Source: Brevundimonas sp.
Lineage (GTDB): Bacteria; Pseudomonadota; Alphaproteobacteria; Caulobacterales; Caulobacteraceae
Assembly (NCBI RefSeq): GCF_051860745.1
Contig: NZ_JBHYDN010000003.1
Coordinates: forward strand, 119,307-183,306
Direction of reading: 5' to 3'
DNA: 64,000 nt
The notes beneath the pieces were generated by a model. It had not been told where the DNA came from and did not search any database. It saw nothing but the letters and a program-made list of their open reading frames with translations. A program made the position numbers and the translations under genes. Shown one piece after another: positions 48,825-58,430 of the stretch (the first letter of the stretch is position 1; each line of letters opens with the position of its first letter).

Positions 48825-50105
48825 CTATTTCAGGAGGGTCGGAAGCCACAGCGAAAGCGCCGGGATGAAGGTGACCAGCATCAGCACGCCGGCGCAAGTC
48901 AGCCAGAACGGCCAGATGGTCTTCAAGGCCCTGGTCATCGGTATGCCGGCGATGGCGCTGCCGACGAACAGGACTGATCCGACCGGCGGGGTGATCAGGC
49001 CGATGCCGCAGTTGAGCAGCAGGATGACGCCGAACTGGACAGGATCGACGTCGAACGCCTTGGCCACCGGCAGGAAGATGGGGGTGCAGATGATGATCAG
49101 CGGGGCCATGTCCATGAAGGTGCCGAGGATCAGCAGGATAACGTTGATCATCAGCAGGATCACGATCGGATTGTCGGTCAGGGTCTGCAGCAGATCGACC
49201 ATCATGGTCGGCACCTGCATATAGGCCATCAGCCAGCCGAAGGCCCCGGCGCAGCCAATGATGAACAGGACCACGCCCGAGGTCCGCGCCGCCCCGAGGC
49301 AGGCGGCCTTGAAGGCGCGCCAGGTCATGTGGCGATAGATCAGGCCGGTGACGACGGTGGCGTAGACCACGGCGATGGAGGCGCTCTCCACCGCGGTGAA
49401 GATCCCGGCGCGGATCCCTCCGAAGATGATGCCGACCAGCAGCAGTCCGGGGATGGCGGCCACCAGCCGGACGGCCACGGCGCGGAAGCCGGGGAAGGCC
49501 TCGGCGGCGTATCCGCGTCGCCGCGCCACGACATAGGAGGTCACCATAAGGGCGGCGGCCAGCATCAGGGCGGGGATAATGCCCGCGGCGAACAGGTCGG
49601 AGATCGACACCCCGCCGCCGGCTGAGGCCGAGTACAGGATCATATTGTGCGAGGGCGGCACCAGCAGGGCCACCAGTGCCGCCGAGATGGTGACATTGAC
49701 GGCGTAGTCGGCGTCATAGCCGCGCTTCTGCATCTGCGGGATCATGGTGCCGCCGATGGCCGAGACGTCGGCGATGGCGCTGCCCGAAACCCCGCCGAAC
49801 AGGGTCGAGCCGACCACGGTGACCTGTCCCAGGCCGCCGCGCACATGGCCGACCATGGACGCGGCGAGGGCGATCATCCGGTCGGACAGCCCGCCCTTCA
49901 TCATCAGTTCGCCGGTGAAGATAAATAGTGGAATGGCCAGCAGGGCCACCGAGGTGATGTCCGACCCCATCTGCTGGAACACCACGATCGGCGGCAGGGC
50001 CAGATAGAGGACGGTCGCCAGGGTCGCGGCCAGCAGGGAGAAGGCGACCGGCACGCCGATTGCCAGAAGGATGGCCAGGAGGCCGAAGAGGATGATGTAT
50101 TCCAC
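48825..50105 (-). CDS. dctM: TRAP transporter large permease (DctM)
   Basis: LLAIPLFIFTGELM, GGVSGSAIAD, LVPPSHNMILY, ITPPVG. Confidence 0.92.
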   Translation of the reverse strand: MEYIILFGLLAILLAIGVPVAFSLLAATLATVLYLALPPIVVFQQMGSDITSVALLAIPLFIFTGELMMKGGLSDRMIALAASMVGHVRGGLGQVTVVGSTLFGGVSGSAIADVSAIGGTMIPQMQKRGYDADYAVNVTISAALVALLVPPSHNMILYSASAGGGVSISDLFAAGIIPALMLAAALMVTSYVVARRRGYAAEAFPGFRAVAVRLVAAIPGLLLVGIIFGGIRAGIFTAVESASIAVVYATVVTGLIYRHMTWRAFKAACLGAARTSGVVLFIIGCAGAFGWLMAYMQVPTMMVDLLQTLTDNPIVILLMINVILLILGTFMDMAPLIIICTPIFLPVAKAFDVDPVQFGVILLLNCGIGLITPPVGSVLFVGSAIAGIPMTRALKTIWPFWLTCAGVLMLVTFIPALSLWLPTLLK

Positions 50106-50107
50106 GC

Positions 50108-50620
50108 TCAGTCCTCCGCCTTCCCGGCGACATCCGGCGCGCGATAGTCACCGGTCAGCAGGCGCTCGAGCGAGAACAACAGAATCAGCGTGCCGCCGAC
50201 GCACAGGCCGGCGAATTTGAGCCCCGAGGGCAGGGGCGCTCCGGCCAGGGCGACCGGCCATTCGTCGATCATCAGGGTCCCGCCCAGGATCATCAGCCCG
50301 GCGCCGGCGGCGGCGGCGATCAGGCGCGCGATCGACTTCAGCAGCCACTGGAGCGGACCCGGCGCCGCGTCGCGGAAGGATTGGAAGGCGAAATGGGTCT
50401 CGCGCCGCACCGCCACGGCCGCGCCGAACATCACGGCGAAGCTCATCAGCAGCAGGGCGAGAGGCTCGGTCCAGCCCGGGCTGTCGTTCAGCACATAGCG
50501 GGCGAAGACCTGCCACGCCTGGATCAGGGCCATGGCCACGAGGGCAAAGCCTGCGAGCCCCATCGCGAGGCTGGCGAGACCGTCAAGCGCGCGCGCGCTT
50601 CCGCGTCGTGGTTCAGACAT
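50108..50620 (-). CDS. dctQ: TRAP transporter small permease (DctQ)
   Basis: QVFARYVLN..P.WTEPL...FGAAVAVRRETH. Confidence 0.88.
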   Translation of the reverse strand: MSEPRRGSARALDGLASLAMGLAGFALVAMALIQAWQVFARYVLNDSPGWTEPLALLLMSFAVMFGAAVAVRRETHFAFQSFRDAAPGPLQWLLKSIARLIAAAAGAGLMILGGTLMIDEWPVALAGAPLPSGLKFAGLCVGGTLILLFSLERLLTGDYRAPDVAGKAED

Positions 50621-50657
50621 GCAACGCCCTCCCTGAGCGTCGGGTTTGCGCGGTCGT

Positions 50658-51650
50658 TCAGGCAACCGCTGCGATCCGTTCGTGGAGCGCGCGCAGGCGC
50701 GGCTCGGCGAGATATTTGTCCAGCACGGGCCGGACGGTGGCGGCGAAGGCGGCCTTGTCGACCTCGGCGACCTGGACGCCGGCGGCGATGACCGCGGTGC
50801 GGGCGTCGGCTTCGCGCTTGTCCCAGTCGATGCGCATGACCTGCACCGAGCGTCTCGCCACGTCGCGGACCAGTTCGCGGTCCGCCGGCGTCAGGGCGTC
50901 GAAACTGGCCTTGGACATGAGCAGGGCGTCGGGAGAGAAGGAATGCTCGGTCTGGCTCCAGAACGGGGCGACCTCGAACTGGCGGCTGGACTGGTAGGCC
51001 GGCCAGTTGTTCTCGGCCCCGTCGATGAGATGGGTCTGCAGCGAGGAGAAGACCGCGCCGAAGGTCAACGGCGTCGGATTGGCGCCCATGGCCCGGATGG
51101 AGTCGAGGAAGATGTCCGACTGTGGCGCCCGCATCTTCAGGCCGCGCATTTCGCCGGGCTCGGTCACGGGGCGCCGCACATTGTAGAAGCAGCGCGGCGC
51201 GGCATCGTAATAGGCCAGACCGATCAGGCCCCGACCCTCGAATACGTTGAGAAGTTCGGTGCCGATCTCGCCGTCCACCACGGCCCGGACGTGAGGCACG
51301 GAGCGGAAGACGTAGGGCAGGGCCAGCAGCCGGGTTTCCGGAAAGGCGTTGTTCAGCGCGGCGACGGCGACCCGGCACATGTCGACCGCCTGGAAGCGCG
51401 CCAGGCCGATGGAGTCATCCTCGTTGCCCAGTTGTCCGGAGGGAAACTGCCGGATGCCCAGCCGACCGGCCGTAAGGCGCCCCAGTTCCTCGCCCATCCA
51501 TTTGACGGCGGTCACCGTCGGGAAGTCGCTGGGATGGACGTCGACCGCACTGAAGACGGTCTGGCCATTGGTGGCCGGGCGCGGGGCGCAGGAAGCCAGG
51601 CTGAGGCCGGACAGGCCCGCAAGACCGAGAGAACGACGGGTCAGGCTCAT
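50658..51650 (-). CDS. dctP: TRAP substrate-binding protein (DctP) with Tat/lipoprotein signal
   Basis: TRRS + LASC; GLKMRAP, SSLQTHLIDGAENN. Confidence 0.9.
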   Translation of the reverse strand: MSLTRRSLGLAGLSGLSLASCAPRPATNGQTVFSAVDVHPSDFPTVTAVKWMGEELGRLTAGRLGIRQFPSGQLGNEDDSIGLARFQAVDMCRVAVAALNNAFPETRLLALPYVFRSVPHVRAVVDGEIGTELLNVFEGRGLIGLAYYDAAPRCFYNVRRPVTEPGEMRGLKMRAPQSDIFLDSIRAMGANPTPLTFGAVFSSLQTHLIDGAENNWPAYQSSRQFEVAPFWSQTEHSFSPDALLMSKASFDALTPADRELVRDVARRSVQVMRIDWDKREADARTAVIAAGVQVAEVDKAAFAATVRPVLDKYLAEPRLRALHERIAAVA

Positions 51651-52459
51651 ACGATGGCTCCTGTCGCCGGGACCGCGAGACAGTCGATATGGCCGTCGGG
51701 TCCGAAGTCTGCGGAGGCGGACTGACCGGCGAAGATATCGTGCACCCCGGTGGCGGCGCCGGTCGAGACCAGTTGTCCCGCCTCAAGCCGCCGGCCGCGC
51801 CGGTGCAGCAGGTTCAACAGGAAGGCCAGGGAATCGAGCGGCCCCCCCGGAATCGCCGTCGCGCCGCCGCGTCCGATGACGACGTCATTGATGGCCATGG
51901 TGCAGGTCAGGCCGGACAGGCGCTGGCGCCAGCCGGCGATCTCGCCGCCGAGGATCAGGCCGGCGTTGTTGCCGAAGTCCGAGGCCGTGACGGCCGGGCC
52001 GTGGTCGTTGATGCCCGCAAAGGGGCTGCCGGCGATCTCGACACCGATGAAGGCGCGGGAGACCAGCGTCGCGACCGTATCGACGGTCCAGTCGCCGCGA
52101 TCCGGCGCGGTTTCGCCGATCTCGATCACATATTCCGCCTCGACCGCCGCGAAGCCGCCCTCGATCACGCCGAAGTGGGTCGGGGTCTGGCCGGCGGTCC
52201 AGACGCTCCGCGAAAAGATCGGCCCGGCCAGCCGTCCGGCGCCGAAGCGCACATCGTGTGGGGCGTTGATCCGACCCAGTTTCCAGCCCGCGATCCGGTC
52301 CGGCCAGGCGGCGATCGCCTCGTCCTGGATGGCGTATGCGGCCTCGAGCGATTCGGGCTGCAGGCCCGGATAGGCTTCAAGCGCGCGACCGCCGCGACGC
52401 GCGCCGACAAAGGCCCGCGCGATCGGCGAAGTCGCTGAATTATCGTGTGCGTGGCTCAC
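51647..52459 (-). CDS. 2-keto-4-pentenoate hydratase/FAH-superfamily protein
   Basis: AYAIQ, GWKLG, VEAE, GQLVSTG. GTG start follows GGGAGG. Confidence 0.75.
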   Translation of the reverse strand: MSHAHDNSATSPIARAFVGARRGGRALEAYPGLQPESLEAAYAIQDEAIAAWPDRIAGWKLGRINAPHDVRFGAGRLAGPIFSRSVWTAGQTPTHFGVIEGGFAAVEAEYVIEIGETAPDRGDWTVDTVATLVSRAFIGVEIAGSPFAGINDHGPAVTASDFGNNAGLILGGEIAGWRQRLSGLTCTMAINDVVIGRGGATAIPGGPLDSLAFLLNLLHRRGRRLEAGQLVSTGAATGVHDIFAGQSASADFGPDGHIDCLAVPATGAIV

Positions 52460-52494
52460 GCCGCCTCCCTGTTACGGCAGACATTGCGCAGGAA

Positions 52495-52508
52495 GGAAAC
52501 CGGTGTCA
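52495..52508. promoter_or_regulatory. LacI-type operator GGAAACCGGTGTCA
   Basis: Matches the palindrome TGACACCGGTGTCA; lies between the TRAP operon and the pectate lyase. Confidence 0.7.
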
Positions 52509-52588
52509 ATTTGAATCCGGCGACGCCTTTCCGGCGCCGCCCCGGCTCAGGGTCGCGACGACAGGCGACCGTGCGATAGGATGGAATC

Positions 52589-53956
52589 ATGACCCTGCTC
52601 CGCCTCGCCGCCCTCGCGGCCGCCCTCGTCCTTCCCGCCGCTTTGGCGATGCCGACGTTCGCGCAGACGCCCGCGCCGGTCGCCGCCGACGCGCTGCTGC
52701 CTGCCTTCCCCGGAGCCTTGGGCTGGGCGGCGCAGACGCCGGGCGGGCGTGGCGGTCAGATCATCCGCGTCACCAATCTGGACGCCTCCGGCCCCGGTTC
52801 GCTTCGCGCCGCCATCGAGGCCGACGGGCCGCGCATCGTGGTGTTCGAGGTCGGCGGGGTCATCGACCTGGGCAAACAGACGCTGCGCCTTCGCAACCCC
52901 TTCATCACCATCGCCGGCCAGACGGCGCCCTCGCCGGGCATCACCCTGATCCAGGGCGGCATGGACATCACCGCCCACGACGTGATCGTCCAGCACATCC
53001 GCATCCGTCCCGGCTCGGCCGGCGGCGCATGGATGAGCGGCTGGGACGAGGACGGCATTTCCACCATCGGGGCCTGGAACGTCATCATCGACCACTGCAG
53101 CCTGACCTGGGCGACCGACGAAAACCTGTCGGCCTCGGGCCCGCGCTTCACCGGTTCGACGCCCGAGGAATGGCGCCGCGGCACCAGCCACAACATCACC
53201 TTTTCGAACAATCTGAACGGCGAAAGCCTGGCCTATTCGACCCATTCCAAGGGCGAGCATTCCAAGGGCTCGCTGATCCACGACAATGTCACCGGCCTGC
53301 TGATCGTCGGCAATCTGTACGCCCACAACTACGAGCGCAGCCCCCTGTTCAAGGGCGGGGTGCACGGGGTGATCGTCAACAACCTGATCTACAACCCGGG
53401 TCCACGGGCCATCCACTACAACCTCGCACCCGAAGAATGGGGAACCGTCCCGTTCGAGGTCGGCAAGATGACGGTGATCGGCAATGTCCTGCGCGCCGGC
53501 CCGTCGACGCCGGTCGACCAGCTCGCCTTCATGATGATAGGCGGGGCCGGCGACGTGGAATACTACGGCCGCGACAACATCGCCGTGGACCAGGTCGGCG
53601 AGCCGATCCGCATGTTCGGCCGCTACACCACCAGCCCGGCGCGCATCATTCAGACGCGCCGTCCGCCGGTATGGTGGGAGGGCCTGACGCCCATGCCCGC
53701 CGGTGACGTCCAGCGCGCGGTGCTGTCGCAGGTCGGAGCCCGGCCATGGGACCGCGACATGCGCGACGTGCTGCTGATCGCGGAAGTGGCCGAGGGCCGC
53801 GGCGAGATCATCGACCACGAGCGCGAGGTCGGCGGTTATCCAGCCGTGATCGAGGCGACCCGCAAGCCGTTCAACCGCGACGACTGGGACCTGCGCTTCA
53901 TGACCCCATTGCGCGACGAAGTTCTGGACCGGCCGGCGACGCGACGCGGGACGTGA
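52589..53956 (+). CDS. Secreted pectate lyase (PL1-like)
   Basis: AFPGALGWA..TPGGRGG, TIAGQTAP, IIDHCS..W.TDE, RSP. Confidence 0.82.
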   Translation: MTLLRLAALAAALVLPAALAMPTFAQTPAPVAADALLPAFPGALGWAAQTPGGRGGQIIRVTNLDASGPGSLRAAIEADGPRIVVFEVGGVIDLGKQTLRLRNPFITIAGQTAPSPGITLIQGGMDITAHDVIVQHIRIRPGSAGGAWMSGWDEDGISTIGAWNVIIDHCSLTWATDENLSASGPRFTGSTPEEWRRGTSHNITFSNNLNGESLAYSTHSKGEHSKGSLIHDNVTGLLIVGNLYAHNYERSPLFKGGVHGVIVNNLIYNPGPRAIHYNLAPEEWGTVPFEVGKMTVIGNVLRAGPSTPVDQLAFMMIGGAGDVEYYGRDNIAVDQVGEPIRMFGRYTTSPARIIQTRRPPVWWEGLTPMPAGDVQRAVLSQVGARPWDRDMRDVLLIAEVAEGRGEIIDHEREVGGYPAVIEATRKPFNRDDWDLRFMTPLRDEVLDRPATRRGT

Positions 53957-54015
53957 CCGCTGACAGCGTGCGCGGCAACGTCTAAGGACAGCGTTCGGCC
54001 AGAGAGACTCCCTCA

Positions 54016-55059
54016 GTGAACAAACCCGGACGGACCGGCGTCAAGCCCGCCACGATTAACGACATCGCCCGGCTCGCCGAGGTGTCGAAGAAGACCGTCT
54101 CGCGGGTCATCAACAATTCGCCCTTCGTCAAGGAAGAGACGCGCAAGCGGGTCGAGGCGGTCATCGCCGAGCATGGATTCACCCCCGACCCGCAGGCCCG
54201 GGGCCTGGCCTTCCGGCGGTCGTTCCTGGTCGGGATGATCTATGACAATCCCAGCCCGAACTATGTGGTCAACATGCAGCAGGGCGTGCTGGACGCGGTG
54301 CGCGGCTCGGGCCTTGAACTGGTCGTCCACCCCTGCAACCGGGGCACGGACACCTTCCTGAACGAGGTGCGGGCCTTCATCGTCCGGCAGAAGCTGTTCG
54401 GCGTGGTCATGCCGCCGTCGGTGTCCGAGGACGACCGGGTGGTGGCCATCCTGAAGGAGGCGGATTGTCCCTATGTCCGGATCGCTTCGGTCTCGCTGGA
54501 CGAACCCGCCTGTATGGTGGTGACCCACGACAGCCGCGGCGCGGCCCAGGCGGCGCGGCATCTGGCGGAGCTGGGGCACAGGCGGGTGGCCTTTATCTCG
54601 GGTCCGGACAGCTTCCGGTCTTCACATGAGCGCGGACGGGGTTTCAGCGAGGGGCTGGCCGAGCACGGGCTGGTGCTCGATGATCGCTATGTGCGCCAGG
54701 GCGCCTATACCTTCGAATCCGGGGTTGAGGCGGCGGCCAGTCTGCTGGCCATGGCTGAGCCGCCGACCGCGATCTTCGCCGGCAATGACGAGATGGCCAT
54801 CGGCGTGATGAAGGCCGCGCGCGACGCCGGTCTCGACGTGCCGCGCGACCTGTCGATCGTCGGCTTCGACGACCTGCCGATGGCGTCGCGCGTCTGGCCC
54901 AACCTGACGACCGTCCGCCTGCCCATCCGCGACATGGGCCGTATGGCGGCCGAAAAGCTGACCGCCCGCAGCCGCGGGCTGGATCCGGCGACCCTGGTCC
55001 AGCCCGAGGTCGATCCCTTCCTGGTGGTGCGCGATTCGGCGGCGCCGCCGGGGCGGTAG
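54016..55059 (+). CDS. LacI family transcriptional regulator
   Basis: [21 protein letters not shown]; AGNDEMA; SIVGFDD. Confidence 0.93.
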   Translation: MNKPGRTGVKPATINDIARLAEVSKKTVSRVINNSPFVKEETRKRVEAVIAEHGFTPDPQARGLAFRRSFLVGMIYDNPSPNYVVNMQQGVLDAVRGSGLELVVHPCNRGTDTFLNEVRAFIVRQKLFGVVMPPSVSEDDRVVAILKEADCPYVRIASVSLDEPACMVVTHDSRGAAQAARHLAELGHRRVAFISGPDSFRSSHERGRGFSEGLAEHGLVLDDRYVRQGAYTFESGVEAAASLLAMAEPPTAIFAGNDEMAIGVMKAARDAGLDVPRDLSIVGFDDLPMASRVWPNLTTVRLPIRDMGRMAAEKLTARSRGLDPATLVQPEVDPFLVVRDSAAPPGR

Positions 55060-55080
55060 CACAGACCTTGCCCCCGAACA

Positions 55081-55094
55081 TGACACCGGTTACC
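55081..55094. promoter_or_regulatory. LacI-type operator TGACACCGGTTACC upstream of kduI
   Basis: Same core as the other three sites. Confidence 0.75.
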
Positions 55095-55129
55095 TAGACG
55101 GCGCGCCCCGACCCCGACAAGGTGATCCC

Positions 55130-55963
55130 ATGTACTGCAAGACCTATCACGCCACCCATCCGGACATGATGGACGGGGTCACCAATGATCAGCTGCGCGA
55201 GCGCTATCTGATCGACGGCCTGTTCGCGGGCGGGGATATCCGCCTGAACTACACCCACTATGAGCGGTTCGTGATCGGTGGGGTCCAGCCGGGCGGCGCG
55301 ACGGTGAAGCTGCCTGATCAGACCGAGCCGGCCTCGGCCGCAGGCCATCCGTTCCTCGAGCGGCGCGAACTGGGCGTGGTCAATGTCGGCGGCGCAACCG
55401 GGACGGTCACCGTCGACGGTCAGGCCTATACGCTGGAGGCCAACGACGGCCTCTATGTCGCCATGGGTTCGAAGGACGTGACCTTCGCCGGCGACACCCG
55501 TTTCTACCTCGCCTCGACCCCGGCCCATGTCCGCTACGAGACCAAACACATCTCGCTGAGCCAGGCCGTGCCGCTGGAGCGGGGCGCGCTGGAGACTTCG
55601 AACGAGCGGACCATCTACCAGTACATCGTCCCGGCCACCTGCCAGTCGTGCCAGCTGCTGCTGGGCCTGACGATCCTCAAGACCGGCAGCGTCTGGAACA
55701 CCATGCCGCCGCACCTGCATGACCGGCGCTCGGAGGTCTATTTCTACTTCGGCCTGGGCGCTGACGACCGCGTCTTCCACTTCATGGGCGAGCCTGATGC
55801 GCAGCGCCATATCGTGGTCGCTGACGGCGAGGCAGTGGTGTCGCCGCCGTGGTCGATCCACATGGGCTCGGGCACGTCGAATTACACCTTCATCTGGGCG
55901 ATGGGCGGCGAGAATCTGGACTATACGGACATGACCGTCCTCGACATCTGCCAGCTGAAATGA
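55130..55963 (+). CDS. kduI: 5-dehydro-4-deoxy-D-glucuronate isomerase
   Basis: [48 protein letters not shown]. Confidence 0.95.
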   Translation: MYCKTYHATHPDMMDGVTNDQLRERYLIDGLFAGGDIRLNYTHYERFVIGGVQPGGATVKLPDQTEPASAAGHPFLERRELGVVNVGGATGTVTVDGQAYTLEANDGLYVAMGSKDVTFAGDTRFYLASTPAHVRYETKHISLSQAVPLERGALETSNERTIYQYIVPATCQSCQLLLGLTILKTGSVWNTMPPHLHDRRSEVYFYFGLGADDRVFHFMGEPDAQRHIVVADGEAVVSPPWSIHMGSGTSNYTFIWAMGGENLDYTDMTVLDICQLK

Positions 55964-56715
55964 GCGGCTTTGACCTCACCGGGCGGGTGGCCATGGTCAC
56001 CGGCGCCAACACCGGCCTGGGCCAGGCCATCGCCGTCGGACTGGCGCAGGCCGGGGCCGACATCATCGCCGTGGGAAGGTCGGCGCCGACCGGGACGGCG
56101 GCCATGGTGGCGGAGACGGGGCGAGCCCTGCACCCCATCTCCGCCGACCTGTCGTCCATCGCTCCTATCGCTGATGTAGTGGCCCAGGCCGTAGCCGCGG
56201 TCGGAGCGATCGACATTCTGGTCAACAACGCCGGCGTCATCCGCCGCGCCGACAGCCTCGACTTCACTGAGGAAGATTGGGACGCGGTCATCGACACCAA
56301 TCTGAAGACCGCCTTCTTCCTCAGCCAGGCCGTGGCCCGGACCTGGGCGGCGGCGGGCCGGGGCGGCAAGATCATCAACATCTGTTCGATGCTGAGCTTC
56401 CAGGGCGGCATCCGCGTGCCGTCCTATACGGCTTCCAAGAGCGGTCTGGCCGGGCTGACGCGTCTGCTGGCCTGCGAGTGGGCGAGCAAGGGCATCAACG
56501 TCAACGCCATCGCGCCGGGCTATTTCTCGACCAACAACACCGAAGCCCTGCGCGCTGACGAGACCCGCAACCGCGACATCCTCGCGCGGATCCCGGCTGG
56601 CCGCTGGGGCGATCCGTCCGACATCAGCGGCGCGGCGGTCTTTCTGGCGTCGGATGCGGCGGCCTACGTCCACGGCACGGTGCTGGCGGTGGATGGGGGT
56701 TGGCTGGCGCGGTAG
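55960..56715 (+). CDS. kduD: 2-dehydro-3-deoxy-D-gluconate 5-dehydrogenase
   Basis: [26 protein letters not shown]; ATGA overlap with kduI. Confidence 0.93.
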   Translation: MSGFDLTGRVAMVTGANTGLGQAIAVGLAQAGADIIAVGRSAPTGTAAMVAETGRALHPISADLSSIAPIADVVAQAVAAVGAIDILVNNAGVIRRADSLDFTEEDWDAVIDTNLKTAFFLSQAVARTWAAAGRGGKIINICSMLSFQGGIRVPSYTASKSGLAGLTRLLACEWASKGINVNAIAPGYFSTNNTEALRADETRNRDILARIPAGRWGDPSDISGAAVFLASDAAAYVHGTVLAVDGGWLAR

Positions 56716-56732
56716 GGCCTACCCACCGCTAT

Positions 56733-56892
56733 CGTCATCCCGGGGGGCGCGAAGCGAACCCCGGGACCCAGTGGCGCGTGAAGCGCGAAGCTGTCGACAG
56801 CCTGGGTGTGTCAGATCCGCTGCCCGGAAACGTACCGTCGGTGTTTCGCCGCCGTTGCGGCGCCGCTGGGTCCGGCCTTCGCCGGGATGACG
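56733..56892. repeat. Palindromic intergenic element (CIR/REP-like) between convergent genes
   Basis: Terminal IR CGTCATCCCGG/CCGGGATGACG; inner GACCCAG...CTGGGTC arms. Confidence 0.7.
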
Positions 56893-56903
56893 AAAGCAGG
56901 GAA

Positions 56904-58280
56904 TCAGTGGGCCAAGCTGTTCAGCCAGTCTTCCAGGTTGGTATAGCCATCGCCGTCCCGGTCGGCCGCTCCGTCAACTGCGTCGGCAGGATTGAGGCCA
57001 TGGGCCGTTTCCCAGTTGTCCGGCATGCCGTCGCCATCGCCGTCGATCCAGGGTGATCCCGCACTCAGTTCCGGCCAGCCGCCGACCTGGGACTGGCTGT
57101 CGATGATGCGGCCGGTCCGGTCGCGGACGCCCCTGATGATGCGGGCGTCGACGGCGTCGCGCACCCGGCCGGCGCCGACGTGGGCCAGTACGCGGACCTC
57201 AGCCTCCGACGCTGTTTCGCTCGCGGCGTCCGCCCAGTCGGGTCGGGTCGCCAGCCGGTAGTCCGGGCGGTCCGAATCCTTCACCAGACTCCACGGGTCG
57301 ACCGGGACGGCGCCGTCCATGGCGTTGCCCTCGAACCAGGCGCGGGCCAGCGGATTGGATTCCTCGAACGCCTGCCGGCCGGCCGAGTCCGGACCGGGGA
57401 TGTAGGCGTTGCCGATGAAGGTATAGGCCGACAGGCTTTCGGTGTCGGCGTTGTAGCCTGCGTGACCGCCGCTCCAGTCATAGAAGACGTTCGACCGGAA
57501 CTCGAACCGGGCCCCCTCGGGATCGACCGAGGGCGGATTGTAGTTGCCCGGCCGGGGCATGCGCGCCCGGTGAGCGGCCCACAGATTGTGATGGAAGGTC
57601 ATACGCGCGCCGTGCCCGCCACGCACCAGCGTCCCGTAGCCGTGGTCGCCCTTGGCGTGGCCGGAGGCGTTCAGTGATTCCGCGATCAGCGACCACTGCA
57701 CGGTGACATCATAGATGCCGCGCTCCGGCGGGTTGTAGCGGCTGCCGACCGACAGGGTCTCGTCGACGGACCAAGAGGCGGAGATGTGATCGAGGATGAT
57801 CCGGCGGCCGCGTTCGACCGATATGGCGTCGGCCTCGACCCCGCTCTCGTCCCCGAGGCGCGAGCGGAGATGGCGGATCACCACATCATCGGCCGACACG
57901 ACCAACGGATGGTCGCGCAAGGTGATTCCGCCACCGGGCGCTGTCTGGCCGGCGATCGTGATGCGGCCGCGCCGGACGGTCAGGGGCGAGGCCAGGCGGA
58001 TCAGGCCGCTGATGTCAAAGATAACCGTGCGCGCCCCATCAGACTCGACCGCCGCGCGCAGGCTGCCCGGACCTGCATCGCCCAGATGCGTCACGCGCAG
58101 GACGCGTCCGCCGCGTCCGCCCGATGCAAACCGGCCCGCACCTTCGGCCCCGGGAAATGCGACCACGCTTTCGGCTGATTGCGCGAATGCAGGGTGTGCC
58201 CCCGACGACACGCCAATCACGCTTACCGCAACGCTGGTGACAATGAGGCGACGAAGCGGGGTTGCGAAAGCGGGGATCAT
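56904..58280 (-). CDS. Second secreted pectate lyase (PL1-like) with an acidic Ca-binding-type tail
   Basis: AFPGAEGAG...GGRGG, ILDHIS.SW..DE, RMPR, DGDGDGMPD.WE...DGDGYTNLE. Confidence 0.82.
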   Translation of the reverse strand: MIPAFATPLRRLIVTSVAVSVIGVSSGAHPAFAQSAESVVAFPGAEGAGRFASGGRGGRVLRVTHLGDAGPGSLRAAVESDGARTVIFDISGLIRLASPLTVRRGRITIAGQTAPGGGITLRDHPLVVSADDVVIRHLRSRLGDESGVEADAISVERGRRIILDHISASWSVDETLSVGSRYNPPERGIYDVTVQWSLIAESLNASGHAKGDHGYGTLVRGGHGARMTFHHNLWAAHRARMPRPGNYNPPSVDPEGARFEFRSNVFYDWSGGHAGYNADTESLSAYTFIGNAYIPGPDSAGRQAFEESNPLARAWFEGNAMDGAVPVDPWSLVKDSDRPDYRLATRPDWADAASETASEAEVRVLAHVGAGRVRDAVDARIIRGVRDRTGRIIDSQSQVGGWPELSAGSPWIDGDGDGMPDNWETAHGLNPADAVDGAADRDGDGYTNLEDWLNSLAH

Positions 58281-58297
58281 CAGGTTAGGCTCATGAT

Positions 58298-58311
58298 TGC
58301 TACCGGTGTCA
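58298..58311. promoter_or_regulatory. LacI-type operator TGCTACCGGTGTCA
   Basis: Near-palindrome close to the lyase start. Confidence 0.7.
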
Positions 58312-58331
58312 GAAGTCATTCCATGCGAAGA

Positions 58332-58345
58332 TGACACCGGTGTCA
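58332..58345. promoter_or_regulatory. LacI-type operator TGACACCGGTGTCA (perfect palindrome)
   Basis: Between the divergent lyase and TonB receptor genes. Confidence 0.85.
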
Positions 58346-58430
58346 AACGATTGGGCCAAAGAAGCCGGGTCGCAATAACACATAGACCGGGGCTACCTCG
58401 GCGTTCTGTATGCCCATTGGGAGGGAGCAT

